53,519 nucleotides of DNA from Candidatus Yanofskybacteria bacterium RIFCSPLOWO2_01_FULL_42_49 (GCA_001795615.1 MGKI01000008.1:1-53519); one strand, 5' to 3'. Positions 39,660 to 48,311 are shown, counted from the first letter of the stretch. Notes: a model not told the origin generated them from the letters alone. Translations and numbers: made by a program.

Positions 39660-41531
39660 ATGCAAATCAGAAACATCGCAATTATTGCTCACGTTGACCA
39701 TGGGAAAACAACCCTTACTGATGCCCTAATGAAACAAACAGGTATGGTTGAGGAGGGATTCAGTATGGACATAAACGCGCTTGAGAAAGAGCGCGGTATT
39801 ACTATTTATGCCAAGAACGCCTCTCTTTTTTACAAAGATACGAAAATAAATATCGTCGACACTCCCGGCCATGCGGATTTCGGTTCAGAAGTAGAGCGAG
39901 TCTTAAGATCAATTGACTCTGTGTTACTTATCGTGGACGCCCAAGAGGGACCGATGCCCCAGACCAAATTTGTTTTAAAAAAGTCTCTGGAACTGGGGCT
40001 AAAGCCGATACTGGTTATAAACAAGATAGACAAGCCGGCGGCTAAGCCCAATGAAGCCCACGAAAAAGTTCTGGAACTTTTCATGGATCTAGGGGCCAAC
40101 GACGAACAGCTGGACTTTAAAACCATCTATGCCAACGGACGAGCGGGAATAGCAAAATTAAAAATGAAGGACGAGTCAAAGGATTTGTCTCCTTTGCTTG
40201 ATCTGATACTCAAAGAAGTGCCGCCGGCGCCTTCTGATACTTCAGCTCCGTTGCGTTTTCAGCCATTTAATCTTGGGTACGATAATTTTTTGGGCCGGCT
40301 TGGTATCGGCAGAGTTTGGTTCGGGACTATGAAGGTAGGGGATAGTGTATTTATAAAAAAGCCGACAGAGATTCTAGGGGCGGCTAAAGCACACCCCCAA
40401 GAAACTTCTCCGAGCACTGGTGAAACTCGCACGGGAAAAATAACTAAATTATTTAATTTCCGAGGGATGGAGAGGAAAGAAACCGATGAAGCACAAGCCG
40501 GCGATATCGTCATGATTGCCGGACTTCCGGACATATACATCGGAGAAACCGTATGCGCCTCTCCTGATGTGGAGCCCTTGTCGGCTATCAGCGTAGATGA
40601 GCCGACCATATCTTTGAACTTTCTGGTTAACGACTCTCCGTTCGCCGGAAGAGACGGAAAGTTCGTGACCAACAGACAATTAAAAGAACGACTGGAAAGA
40701 GAGCTTGAGGTCAATATCGGGCTGAAAATTTCCGCCGAAGGCGGATCCGCCTCTGGCGGAGATTTTTCAAGTACTGCTTACAAAGTTTACGGCCGAGGAG
40801 AACTCCACATCGCTATCCTGCTTGAAAATATGAGAAGAGAGGGCTATGAGCTTCAGGTCTCACAACCGCAGGTGATTATCAAGGAAATAGACAACCAAAA
40901 AATGGAACCATTTGAAGAGGCGCTTATTGACGTTCCTGAAAATCTGTCCGGAGTGGTTATACAAAAACTCGGCAAGCGAGCCGGAAAAATGATGAATATG
41001 GTCCAACACCACGGCGAAGTTCGCATTACTTTTGAAATACCGACACGCGGTCTTTTGGGCTTCAGGAACGAGTTTATGATTGATACTAAAGGCGAGGGGA
41101 TACTCGCAAGCCACTTCATCGGCTTTCGACCCTATGCTGGGGAAATAAAAAAGAGAAGCGTCGGTTCTATGGTTTCTATGGAAACAGGCAAGGCGCTTGG
41201 TTTTTCGTTATATAACCTCCAGGACAGAGGCAAGTTATACATCGGGCCGACTGCCGAGGTCTATGAGGGGATGGTCATTGGTGATGTATCAAAAGGAAAC
41301 GACATGTCCGTTAACCCTATCAAAGGTAAAAAATTAACGAATATGCGGGCTTCGGGTTCAGATGAAAATATAATTCTCGTCCCTCCGTCTCCGATAACCC
41401 TTGAGACCGGTCTGGAAATTATGCAAAACGACGAATACCTCGAAGTAACGCCTAACAACGTCCGGCTGAGAAAAAGATACCTTACGGAAAATGACAGAAT
41501 AAGAGCAGCCAGAAGTTCAGCTTCTCAATAA
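39660..41531 (+). CDS. typA: Translational GTPase BipA/TypA
   Basis: IRNIAIIAHVDHGKTTLTDAL, DTPGHADFG, NKID and GRGELHIAILLENMRREG. Confidence 0.93.
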   Translation: MQIRNIAIIAHVDHGKTTLTDALMKQTGMVEEGFSMDINALEKERGITIYAKNASLFYKDTKINIVDTPGHADFGSEVERVLRSIDSVLLIVDAQEGPMPQTKFVLKKSLELGLKPILVINKIDKPAAKPNEAHEKVLELFMDLGANDEQLDFKTIYANGRAGIAKLKMKDESKDLSPLLDLILKEVPPAPSDTSAPLRFQPFNLGYDNFLGRLGIGRVWFGTMKVGDSVFIKKPTEILGAAKAHPQETSPSTGETRTGKITKLFNFRGMERKETDEAQAGDIVMIAGLPDIYIGETVCASPDVEPLSAISVDEPTISLNFLVNDSPFAGRDGKFVTNRQLKERLERELEVNIGLKISAEGGSASGGDFSSTAYKVYGRGELHIAILLENMRREGYELQVSQPQVIIKEIDNQKMEPFEEALIDVPENLSGVVIQKLGKRAGKMMNMVQHHGEVRITFEIPTRGLLGFRNEFMIDTKGEGILASHFIGFRPYAGEIKKRSVGSMVSMETGKALGFSLYNLQDRGKLYIGPTAEVYEGMVIGDVSKGNDMSVNPIKGKKLTNMRASGSDENIILVPPSPITLETGLEIMQNDEYLEVTPNNVRLRKRYLTENDRIRAARSSASQ

Positions 41532-41757
41532 AACCGTTCAGCCAACAATTATCATCGAGATGTCAGAAATTTCCCAGCAGAAATTCCTAATTCATTCTCC
41601 GGTTTTCGCTCCCCTTCACTATGTTCAAGAACCGGCCCGCTCAAACCTGCGGTGCTCTCTAATAACAGTCGGCCTCACTCGATAATAATCAAGCGAGGCC
41701 TTGGTTCTATGAAGAAACTTACGAAGGCTGTAACGGGTAGAGTTCGAGCGGTAGCAT
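41532..41757. other. 226-nt spacer between convergent genes, moderately GC-rich
   Basis: No SD-preceded ORF. Contains the direct repeat cagaaatt(t)cc x2 and the hairpin ggcctcactcga-taataa-tcaagcgaggcc. Function unknown. Confidence 0.3.
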
Positions 41758-42498
41758 TTATATTATTTTACTTAACCAAAACTCATTCTCCCAACTCCAT
41801 AGTTCCTTACAGGCGAGGAATGCCTTAATATCGTTTTCAAAGGTGGTTAACTCCTTCAATTCGACTTCGCCCTGCATCGGGCCCCATTCGTGCTGGCACT
41901 GGCCTTTCTCGCCACGAATTTTTTCACGACCGCCCTTGTCTCGCAAAGTTGCGGGACATTTAAGGCAATGCTTTGACTGGTCAAGACGCAATATCCAACG
42001 GGTCAGGGGAGGCATAGACGGATCTTCTTTCAACGCTTCAATATAAGCTGATGTCTGCACATTATAATCCCGATAAATCGCCATTGAGGTTTTAATGTCT
42101 AGAACGCCGAGTTTACCGTTGAGTTCGGCAAGTACATCCATCGTACCAGCATAATGATGTTTTTTACTTACCACTCGTTCTTCCACTTTATGAGCGACGA
42201 GTTCATTCTGGCCGTAAAAATCCATAAAGGCCGACACTGCTGGCTTCACGGAATCTGGGATAACTACCGGCTCTTTGCGCAATATAGCCTCGACTGTTTC
42301 ATGAAGCAAGGTTCCTTCTTCTGCCGACTTTGCTTTAATTGCTTCTCCGGTTTTAAAATCAGGCAAAGCGGCATAATACATATATAAAGCCGGCTTGGCT
42401 TTTATGCCGACAATAGCCGTCACGCGAGGATACCAAAGGTCGTCAATGACATAACCGTTCGCATCCATGAAACTTTGTTTGTCTTTGTACCACTGCAT
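41758..42498 (-). CDS. PD-(D/E)XK nuclease (Cas4/RecB-like exonuclease fold) with a C-terminal Cys cluster
   Basis: GTLLHETVE, AGTMDVLAE...LGVLDIKTS and QTSAYIEAL match the RecB-nuclease motifs. C-terminal cysteines occur in HCLKCP...GQCQH. Confidence 0.7.
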   Translation of the reverse strand: MQWYKDKQSFMDANGYVIDDLWYPRVTAIVGIKAKPALYMYYAALPDFKTGEAIKAKSAEEGTLLHETVEAILRKEPVVIPDSVKPAVSAFMDFYGQNELVAHKVEERVVSKKHHYAGTMDVLAELNGKLGVLDIKTSMAIYRDYNVQTSAYIEALKEDPSMPPLTRWILRLDQSKHCLKCPATLRDKGGREKIRGEKGQCQHEWGPMQGEVELKELTTFENDIKAFLACKELWSWENEFWLSKII

Positions 42499-42512
42499 AT
42501 TACAAGTTTAGC

Positions 42513-42630
42513 AAATTTCTAATTACTAATTCCTAATTTCTAAATATAATGTCTAATCCTTAAATTTCTAAAATTGGTCATTAGAAATTGGGGATTTGAT
42601 TAGAAATTAGATATTAGAAATTAGTAATTC
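42513..42630. repeat. AT-rich palindromic 'word' element, family II copy 2
   Basis: aaatttctaattactaattcctaatttctaaatataatgtctaat faces attagaaattagatattagaaattagtaatt. It shares aaatttctaat, ctaattactaat, atgtctaat and attagaaattagatatt with 34221-34343. Confidence 0.8.
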
Positions 42631-42646
42631 ATCAAATAAACCTTGT

Positions 42647-43342
42647 TTATTTGATGTTAATGTATTTTTCCCAACACTCATAAAGTTTCTCTGTTGCCAA
42701 AACATCATCAAAACAATATTCGGCGATTTTCATATATTCTTTGTCCTTGAATAATTGTGCGACATCTTCACCTGATATTCCTTCCGACTTGGGACTTTTG
42801 ATACCAAAGGCCCGACACCACATGTGTAAACCGCCCTTGCGCCTCACCGCGCCAAAAAATGTCAGACGGTCCAGCAAATCAAGATGTGTTATTATTTTGC
42901 CGTATTGCTCCGATTCATATCTATATGTCATTAAATTCTTGGCCGGTTTAATTTTATTTATCGCTGAACGAATCATCAGATACGGAGCATCAAAACCGCG
43001 TCCGTTGAATGTGATGAATTGATCGTAGTGAGCGGACGCGTCCCAGAAGCTCTTCAGGAGGTCTTTTTCGGTTTTATGGCGAATGTATTGGACATTATCG
43101 TTTTCTGTTTTTTCATAACTTCCGTCAGGAGAAAGAAAGTAAACAGCACCCTTACTTGTTTCGGGATTTAATACTCCTATTGCCACCACCTGCCCCGTTA
43201 GGGGAGAGAAGCCAAGCCCGTCTTTGACCGCTTCAACGTCTTCAGGTGTTTCGGCAAAACGCAAAAGCAGTTCCTGTGACTTGTTGTCCAGGGAATCAAA
43301 TTCAACACCAACGGTCTCAATATCGAAAATCAGTTTAGGCAT
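42647..43342 (-). CDS. DnaQ-fold 3'-5' exonuclease related to the PolB exonuclease domain
   Basis: KLIFDIETVG (ExoI), FNGRGFDAPYL (ExoII) and YCFDDVLAT (ExoIII). Confidence 0.75.
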   Translation of the reverse strand: MPKLIFDIETVGVEFDSLDNKSQELLLRFAETPEDVEAVKDGLGFSPLTGQVVAIGVLNPETSKGAVYFLSPDGSYEKTENDNVQYIRHKTEKDLLKSFWDASAHYDQFITFNGRGFDAPYLMIRSAINKIKPAKNLMTYRYESEQYGKIITHLDLLDRLTFFGAVRRKGGLHMWCRAFGIKSPKSEGISGEDVAQLFKDKEYMKIAEYCFDDVLATEKLYECWEKYINIK

Positions 43343-43529
43343 TTGTTAGCCACTAGCAACTAGCCAATAGCGATTAGAAAAGCGATAAGCAATACTTATT
43401 GTAAAATTTTATTTTACAAATGACAAACCTAGATATTCAAAAACCGACAGGGGAATGCCGGCTTTAATCTTGATAGTACGTCGCGCAATATACCTTTTCA
43501 GACGTTCAAATACTGGCCTAATTGAGACG

Positions 43530-43973
43530 TTACCTTAAAAACCCCAATATGAGCTTAAGTATTTGAGAAGTTATAGATATAACTACAAGAAATATTTCAA
43601 TTACTAGAGTAACTACCGCTTTTACTGCCCCCACAAAATCGTCTGAAGATATATCTCTGGGCGTTAAAAACTGCCTTAAGTTAATATCCGGCAGATCTTG
43701 TGATTCGTTAAATTTGGGGCTTATGGGTATATTCGTATCTATGTTTATCTTATTAAAGTTAAGCGGCAGATTAAATTTAAACCTTTCCAGTGTGTCTCCG
43801 GCACCTATGCTCTTGATACCGGCTTTATTTATGTTATCCAGCGGATTTAAATTTAAAGAAGATTCGGAATTTAAATTTAGTTCATCCCCTGCCGCAAAAT
43901 TAAAATTTAGTAATGAAAAAGCACTTAGAACAATCACACAAATCCGAATATTGGTTTTTGACGATTTAACCAT
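43530..43973 (-). CDS. Hypothetical secreted/membrane protein
   Basis: 147 aa. N-terminal signal-like and C-terminal TM segments, N/L-rich. No family recognised. Confidence 0.5.
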   Translation of the reverse strand: MVKSSKTNIRICVIVLSAFSLLNFNFAAGDELNLNSESSLNLNPLDNINKAGIKSIGAGDTLERFKFNLPLNFNKINIDTNIPISPKFNESQDLPDINLRQFLTPRDISSDDFVGAVKAVVTLVIEIFLVVISITSQILKLILGFLR

Positions 43974-44049
43974 GAATTAAATTATACTACTCCCCCACCC
44001 TAGCCAGCAAACTTGACTAAATTTAGTAAATATTGTGTAAATATAATCC

Positions 44050-45369
44050 CTAATCGTTCTTGATGAAAAGCGTTATCTCCTGCCACATCAATGCTATTGC
44101 TGCCTTAACGGGAAGAATTGACAACATGTATTTTAAATCAACTAACTCTCTAATCACCCAGCCCCAGAAACCTTTTACATTTACGCCTCCCCAAAGATGG
44201 GCAAGTGCATATTTGCCGCCAACGGGGGCTATCCAAACATCAAAGAAGGGGTTATAGCTTACTAGCTTATCAGATTTTAGCGACCGCAAAATGTTTTTGG
44301 CTGCTATTTTGCCCTGCTCCACGGCAACATAAGCCAAAGCCGGAACTAATCTTCCGGTTTTCTGATCTTGAAATTCAACATTATCCCCCGCCGCGAAAAC
44401 ATTCGATAAGCCGGCAACCTTAAGACTGTCGTCAACGACTATTTTCCCGTTGCCGGCCAAAGACATGCTCGGCAAGTTTTTGAGAATATCCAGCGGTTTT
44501 ACTCCGGTAGTCCACACTACCAAATCAACATCTATGGTTTTTCCGTTCTTTAGTTTTATGTAATCGCTTCTGACTTCTTCAACCGCCGCTCCTTCCGTTA
44601 CCTCAACACCTAACCGGGTAAGCCGCTCCATTATAACAATCCGCTCTTTGTCTGAAATCATCGGCAATATTTTTGGAGCCGCTTCTATTAGAAGCACTCT
44701 CTCGCAACGACCCTTGATCCCGCGTGCTTGAGTAAATTTTTTGACGCAGCAAGTAAGTTCGGCGGCAACTTCAATTCCAGTGAAACCGGCGCCGATGACT
44801 GCAATTTTTACCCCGTAGTGAATTTTCCGAAATTCTTTTGGCGACTTCGTCGCAGTCGGAAAATCTACTACGGGGTTTATAGGCTCGCTTTTGACATCGC
44901 CTTCGCGTTGAGTTGCAAAAACCAACTCGTTTATTTTTTGATTCAGCGCCAGTCCGTTTTCTAAACTTTTAAAACTAAAGGCGTATTCTTTAACTCCGGG
45001 AACTCCAAAATCAGATGACTGGCTGCCGAGCGCGATTATCATATAGTCATAATCGAGTATCTCCCCTCCCCTGGTGGCAACTTTTTGATTCTCAACATCT
45101 ATGGAAAATATCTCCGCTTGGATAAATCTAATTTTCTTAGCAGAAAAAATATCCGAATATGGGATACATATCGTTTTCTTTAACCGAATGGCGAACGGAT
45201 CTTGTTTTAACCCATAAGCCGACGCCACTTCATATAAAGCTGGGACAAATAGGTGATAGCTGTTTTTGTCTACTAAAGTTATCTCGGCTTTACTTCCAAT
45301 CTTTTTTTCCAAATCTAAAGCGCAACGAATGCCACCAAATCCTCCCCCCAATATCAAAATTTTATGCAT
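44050..45369 (-). CDS. ndh: Type II NADH dehydrogenase (FAD/NAD pyridine-nucleotide disulfide oxidoreductase)
   Basis: KILILGGGFGGI, a second Rossmann motif KIAVIGAGFTGIE, and FAAGD. Confidence 0.88.
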   Translation of the reverse strand: MHKILILGGGFGGIRCALDLEKKIGSKAEITLVDKNSYHLFVPALYEVASAYGLKQDPFAIRLKKTICIPYSDIFSAKKIRFIQAEIFSIDVENQKVATRGGEILDYDYMIIALGSQSSDFGVPGVKEYAFSFKSLENGLALNQKINELVFATQREGDVKSEPINPVVDFPTATKSPKEFRKIHYGVKIAVIGAGFTGIEVAAELTCCVKKFTQARGIKGRCERVLLIEAAPKILPMISDKERIVIMERLTRLGVEVTEGAAVEEVRSDYIKLKNGKTIDVDLVVWTTGVKPLDILKNLPSMSLAGNGKIVVDDSLKVAGLSNVFAAGDNVEFQDQKTGRLVPALAYVAVEQGKIAAKNILRSLKSDKLVSYNPFFDVWIAPVGGKYALAHLWGGVNVKGFWGWVIRELVDLKYMLSILPVKAAIALMWQEITLFIKND

Positions 45370-45386
45370 AAAATTTACAACCCCTA

Positions 45387-46766
45387 CTACAAGTAGTCAT
45401 TTGGATTTACTGTATTATTATAATTGAAATACAGTTGACCATTCTTTTCATTAATATAGGTGAAAAACTCTTTATATATGCTCAAGTGGACATGAGAACC
45501 AGTTGAAAATCCAGTTGAGCCCTCATAACCAATTATATCACCGGCTTTAACCTGGCTGCCAACTCTTACAAACTCAAAAGCGCTCAGGTGGCCGTAAACA
45601 CTGACTAAATCATACGGCGGATGCTTGATAGCCACCCAATTTCCCCATCCGTCATTTTTGCCGTTAGCAACAACCTCTCCGTCGCCTATCGCCTTAACCG
45701 GGCTACCGTAACCGGAAGCCATATCAATGCCGTTGTGAGGCGCTCCGCCGTAAGGTCCGCGCCTTGAGTTACATCGAGCATATCTGGTACATCCGTATCC
45801 TTGAGTAATTCTATAGTCTTCTTCCGGCCACTTGAAAAGATCGGTTCCCTTTTTAGGCAAGTTGTGCGCTTCCACACGAAGAATATACAGTCCACCCTGT
45901 ATAATCTTGGTCTCAATCTCTTTCATCTCCGTAAAAAAGAGCGACTGTTTTCTCTCCACTTCTTCAAGCAGCCTTTGATACTCGGCTTCCTGTCCTTTGG
46001 TAACTTTTAGCAAGCCATCTTTTTCTTTTTGGGTACCGCCTAAAGCTAGTTTCTGACTAGACTGCTGGCGATTTAAATTTTCAAGTTCCCGCTTTTTATT
46101 TTCCAGGTTAGATTTATGGTTTTCGTAAGCGTTTTTTGTGGAACGCAAATCGTTGACTAACGAAAGCAGACTTTCGCTGACACTGGTTGCCTGCTGAACC
46201 CGGTTGAGAAAATCAGAGATGTTGGCATTCTTCATCATGGCAACAAGCAGGCTCTCTCTGTCTTGCCGATAAAGTTCAAGCAATAGTTCCCCAATTGCGC
46301 TTTTCTGATATTCAATCCTGCCTTGAGTGGTATATATTTCGTCAGTCGTGTTTTGTATTTCTATGCCCGTGCTGTTGATTTTTTTTATAGTGATATTTAT
46401 TTGGGTTTTAAGGCTATTTATCTGATTCTGGAGAATTGAAATTTCTTTATTCAACGATTCAGCATTGGCGTGTTCTTTAGCAATATTCTGGCGATATTGT
46501 TCGGCTTGCTGTTCAAGCCGTTCTATCTCCTGGCGCAATTGGGAGATTCGTTCATCGTCGGTTTGGGCAGTAGCTGCTGGCACAAAAAAAATCAGCGCAA
46601 AAAAAAGAAGCAAGCCAATTAGAGACACTAGAGACCCAGCCCTTTGCATGGTCGAGGATAGTATAATCGTTTCACTGTCCGAGAAAGGGCTGGGCGAAAG
46701 TAGCCGAGGTTGCACGCTGGGCAACCGGAGGCGTGTCGAAAATTGGCTTGCTTCTTTTTTTTTCAT
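45387..46766 (-). CDS. M23 (LytM-type) peptidase with a coiled-coil region
   Basis: HNGIDMA, GWGNWVAIKH, YGHLS and GSHVHLSI. The longest ORF starts at 46766, where its ATG overlaps the gltX TGA as ATGA. An alternative start at 46649 (MQRAGSLVSLIGLLLFF) would exclude structured element B. Confidence 0.85.
   Translation of the reverse strand: MKKKEASQFSTRLRLPSVQPRLLSPSPFSDSETIILSSTMQRAGSLVSLIGLLLFFALIFFVPAATAQTDDERISQLRQEIERLEQQAEQYRQNIAKEHANAESLNKEISILQNQINSLKTQINITIKKINSTGIEIQNTTDEIYTTQGRIEYQKSAIGELLLELYRQDRESLLVAMMKNANISDFLNRVQQATSVSESLLSLVNDLRSTKNAYENHKSNLENKKRELENLNRQQSSQKLALGGTQKEKDGLLKVTKGQEAEYQRLLEEVERKQSLFFTEMKEIETKIIQGGLYILRVEAHNLPKKGTDLFKWPEEDYRITQGYGCTRYARCNSRRGPYGGAPHNGIDMASGYGSPVKAIGDGEVVANGKNDGWGNWVAIKHPPYDLVSVYGHLSAFEFVRVGSQVKAGDIIGYEGSTGFSTGSHVHLSIYKEFFTYINEKNGQLYFNYNNTVNPNDYL
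46599..46762 (-). ncRNA. Structured element 'B', second copy of the 36158-36306 module
   Basis: A perfect 22-bp closing stem (aaaaaaaagaagcaagccaatt / aattggcttgcttctttttttt) encloses the conserved core. The inner helix is cccagcccttt/aaagggctggg. It lies between the gltX stop and the M23 signal peptide, in the same sense relative to its flanks as copy A. Confidence 0.6.
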
Positions 46767-48145
46767 GGCAACTTATTGATTGCTGTGTCTATTCTTCTCA
46801 AGACGGTCTCTTTTGTCAGTATAGCCGCTACATCAACCGGATCCGGAGACTTTTCTTTGCCTGTTAACGCAACCCTGAACGGCCAATATACCAATCCCCT
46901 GCTTGCCCCGAGTGGAATCGAGGGATCGCCCAGTTTTTTGCTTAAATCATCCAGAGCCAACCGCAAGGAGTCTTTATCAGAACCGTTCCAATTTTCAATA
47001 ACCCTTTTTGTTTCATTCAAGGAGTTTGTAATTTCATCTTTTGTGAATTTTTTCCAATTCAAAAGTTCAGAATCATAACTTGGCTCTTTCCATAAGTAAC
47101 TAAAATCATTTATGTCAGACAACTTATTTAACCGTTCCGTGATAAGCGGTATAGCCACGTCAAGCATTTCCGGCAGATTTGTTAATTGTTTAATTGTTAA
47201 ATTGTTTAATTGTTTTATGTATTGCGAATTTATCCAGTTCAATTTTTCTACATTAAAAACTGCGCCAGCCTTGTGGATTTTTCCGAGCTCAAACTCGTTT
47301 ACCATTTCCTCTTTTGTTATGATTTCTTTACTGAAGGTGTAACTTAATCCCCCGAGAAAATTTAAAAGCGCTTCCGGTAAATAATCTTGTTTATAATCCA
47401 AAGTTCCCGTACCGCCATGGCGTTTAGAAAGTTTTGACCGATCTAATCCTAAAACAAGAGGAAGGTGGGCAAAGAAAGGAATTTTAAAACCAAGAGCTTC
47501 GTATATTAAAATTTGCTTAGGAGTATTGGAGATATGATCCTCTCCTCGAATGACATGGGTAATGCCCATCTCAGCGTCGTCCGCCACAACAGCAAAATTA
47601 TAAAGCGGATCTTCAATAGCTCGAGCAATCGAAAAATCACCCAACAACGCCTCCTGAAACTCTATTCTCCCTCTGATCTGATCGTCGAAGGAAATAATGC
47701 GGCCAGAGCTTTCATTTACCGCTAAGCGAATAATGCCGCCGGGTATTTTATTTTTGTCCGTATTTTTATGCTCGCAGAAATGGCGAGGCGCCTCTTTTCT
47801 GGCTTCTTGCTGTTGCCGTTCCGCTTCCAGATCTTCTTGGCTGTGGTGACAATAAAATGCTTTCCCTTCGCTAAGTAATCTCTCCAACAACTCTTTATGT
47901 TTATGTAAATTGTCGCTTTGCCTGACAAAATCTCCGTTTGGCATTAAATCTAACCAAGCCAGTGCCTCTCTTATGCCGTTTTCGGACTCTTTGGTTGAGC
48001 GAATTTTGTCTGTGTCCTCAATCCGCACATAAAAATCTCCGCCATTTTTACGGGCAAAGAGCCAGTTATAAAGCGCAGATTGAGCATTGCCGACATGGAA
48101 AGATCCGGTCGGCGACGGAGCTATCCGTACTTTAACTTTATCCAT
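46763..48145 (-). CDS. gltX: Glutamyl-tRNA synthetase
   Basis: VRIAPSPTGSFHVGNAQSALYNW (HIGH-type), RIEDTD and KLSKRHG (KMSKS). Confidence 0.93.
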   Translation of the reverse strand: MDKVKVRIAPSPTGSFHVGNAQSALYNWLFARKNGGDFYVRIEDTDKIRSTKESENGIREALAWLDLMPNGDFVRQSDNLHKHKELLERLLSEGKAFYCHHSQEDLEAERQQQEARKEAPRHFCEHKNTDKNKIPGGIIRLAVNESSGRIISFDDQIRGRIEFQEALLGDFSIARAIEDPLYNFAVVADDAEMGITHVIRGEDHISNTPKQILIYEALGFKIPFFAHLPLVLGLDRSKLSKRHGGTGTLDYKQDYLPEALLNFLGGLSYTFSKEIITKEEMVNEFELGKIHKAGAVFNVEKLNWINSQYIKQLNNLTIKQLTNLPEMLDVAIPLITERLNKLSDINDFSYLWKEPSYDSELLNWKKFTKDEITNSLNETKRVIENWNGSDKDSLRLALDDLSKKLGDPSIPLGASRGLVYWPFRVALTGKEKSPDPVDVAAILTKETVLRRIDTAINKLP

Positions 48146-48186
48146 GTTGTAATTTTACTCTAAAACGACAGTATCCTCAACCTTTT

Positions 48187-48228
48187 AAACACGAAAACCC
48201 CCGGCGCGCATTTAACTGCACCGAGGGG
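48187..48228 (-). terminator. Intrinsic-terminator-like hairpin inside the gltX leader (attenuator candidate)
   Basis: The minus strand reads cccctcggtgc-agttaaat-gcgcgccggggg followed by ttttcgtgttt. It lies between the promoter and the gltX ATG (48145). Confidence 0.6.
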
Positions 48229-48229
48229 T

Positions 48230-48262
48230 TCAGAGCTCATCTTCCACTTTCATTGATCTCAT
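48230..48262 (-). CDS. 10-codon leader ORF (MRSMKVEDEL)
   Basis: An aggagg SD lies 6 nt before the ATG. The TGA stop is 3 nt before the 5' arm of the terminator hairpin. Translation is hypothetical. Confidence 0.35.
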   Translation of the reverse strand: MRSMKVEDEL

Positions 48263-48282
48263 GTCGCACCTCCTGTGTTTTA

Positions 48283-48311
48283 ATTATACACCTTAATAAC
48301 CATTTTGTCAA
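48283..48311 (-). promoter_or_regulatory. Consensus sigma70-type promoter of gltX
   Basis: The minus strand reads TTGACA-aaatggttattaaggtg(17)-TATAAT. Confidence 0.7.

Noticed and set aside
36425-41702. 12-nt match (aagcgaggcctt, reverse complement) between 36431-36442 and 41691-41702, taken as evidence of a shared element
   Set aside because: Roughly (5e4)^2/4^12 chance 12-mer matches, of order 100, are expected within a window of this size. The flanks do not align.
12233-42630. Possibility that the repeated 'words' form CRISPR arrays
   Set aside because: There is no constant 25-40-nt direct repeat alternating with unique spacers. The repeats are 5-8-nt words arranged as inverted arms, and no cas genes are present.
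36158-46762. Elements A and B as a DGR template/variable repeat pair
   Set aside because: The substitutions are not adenine-specific (c/g, c/a, a/t and g/c changes are all seen). There is no reverse transcriptase in the window. Copy A is not inside a gene.
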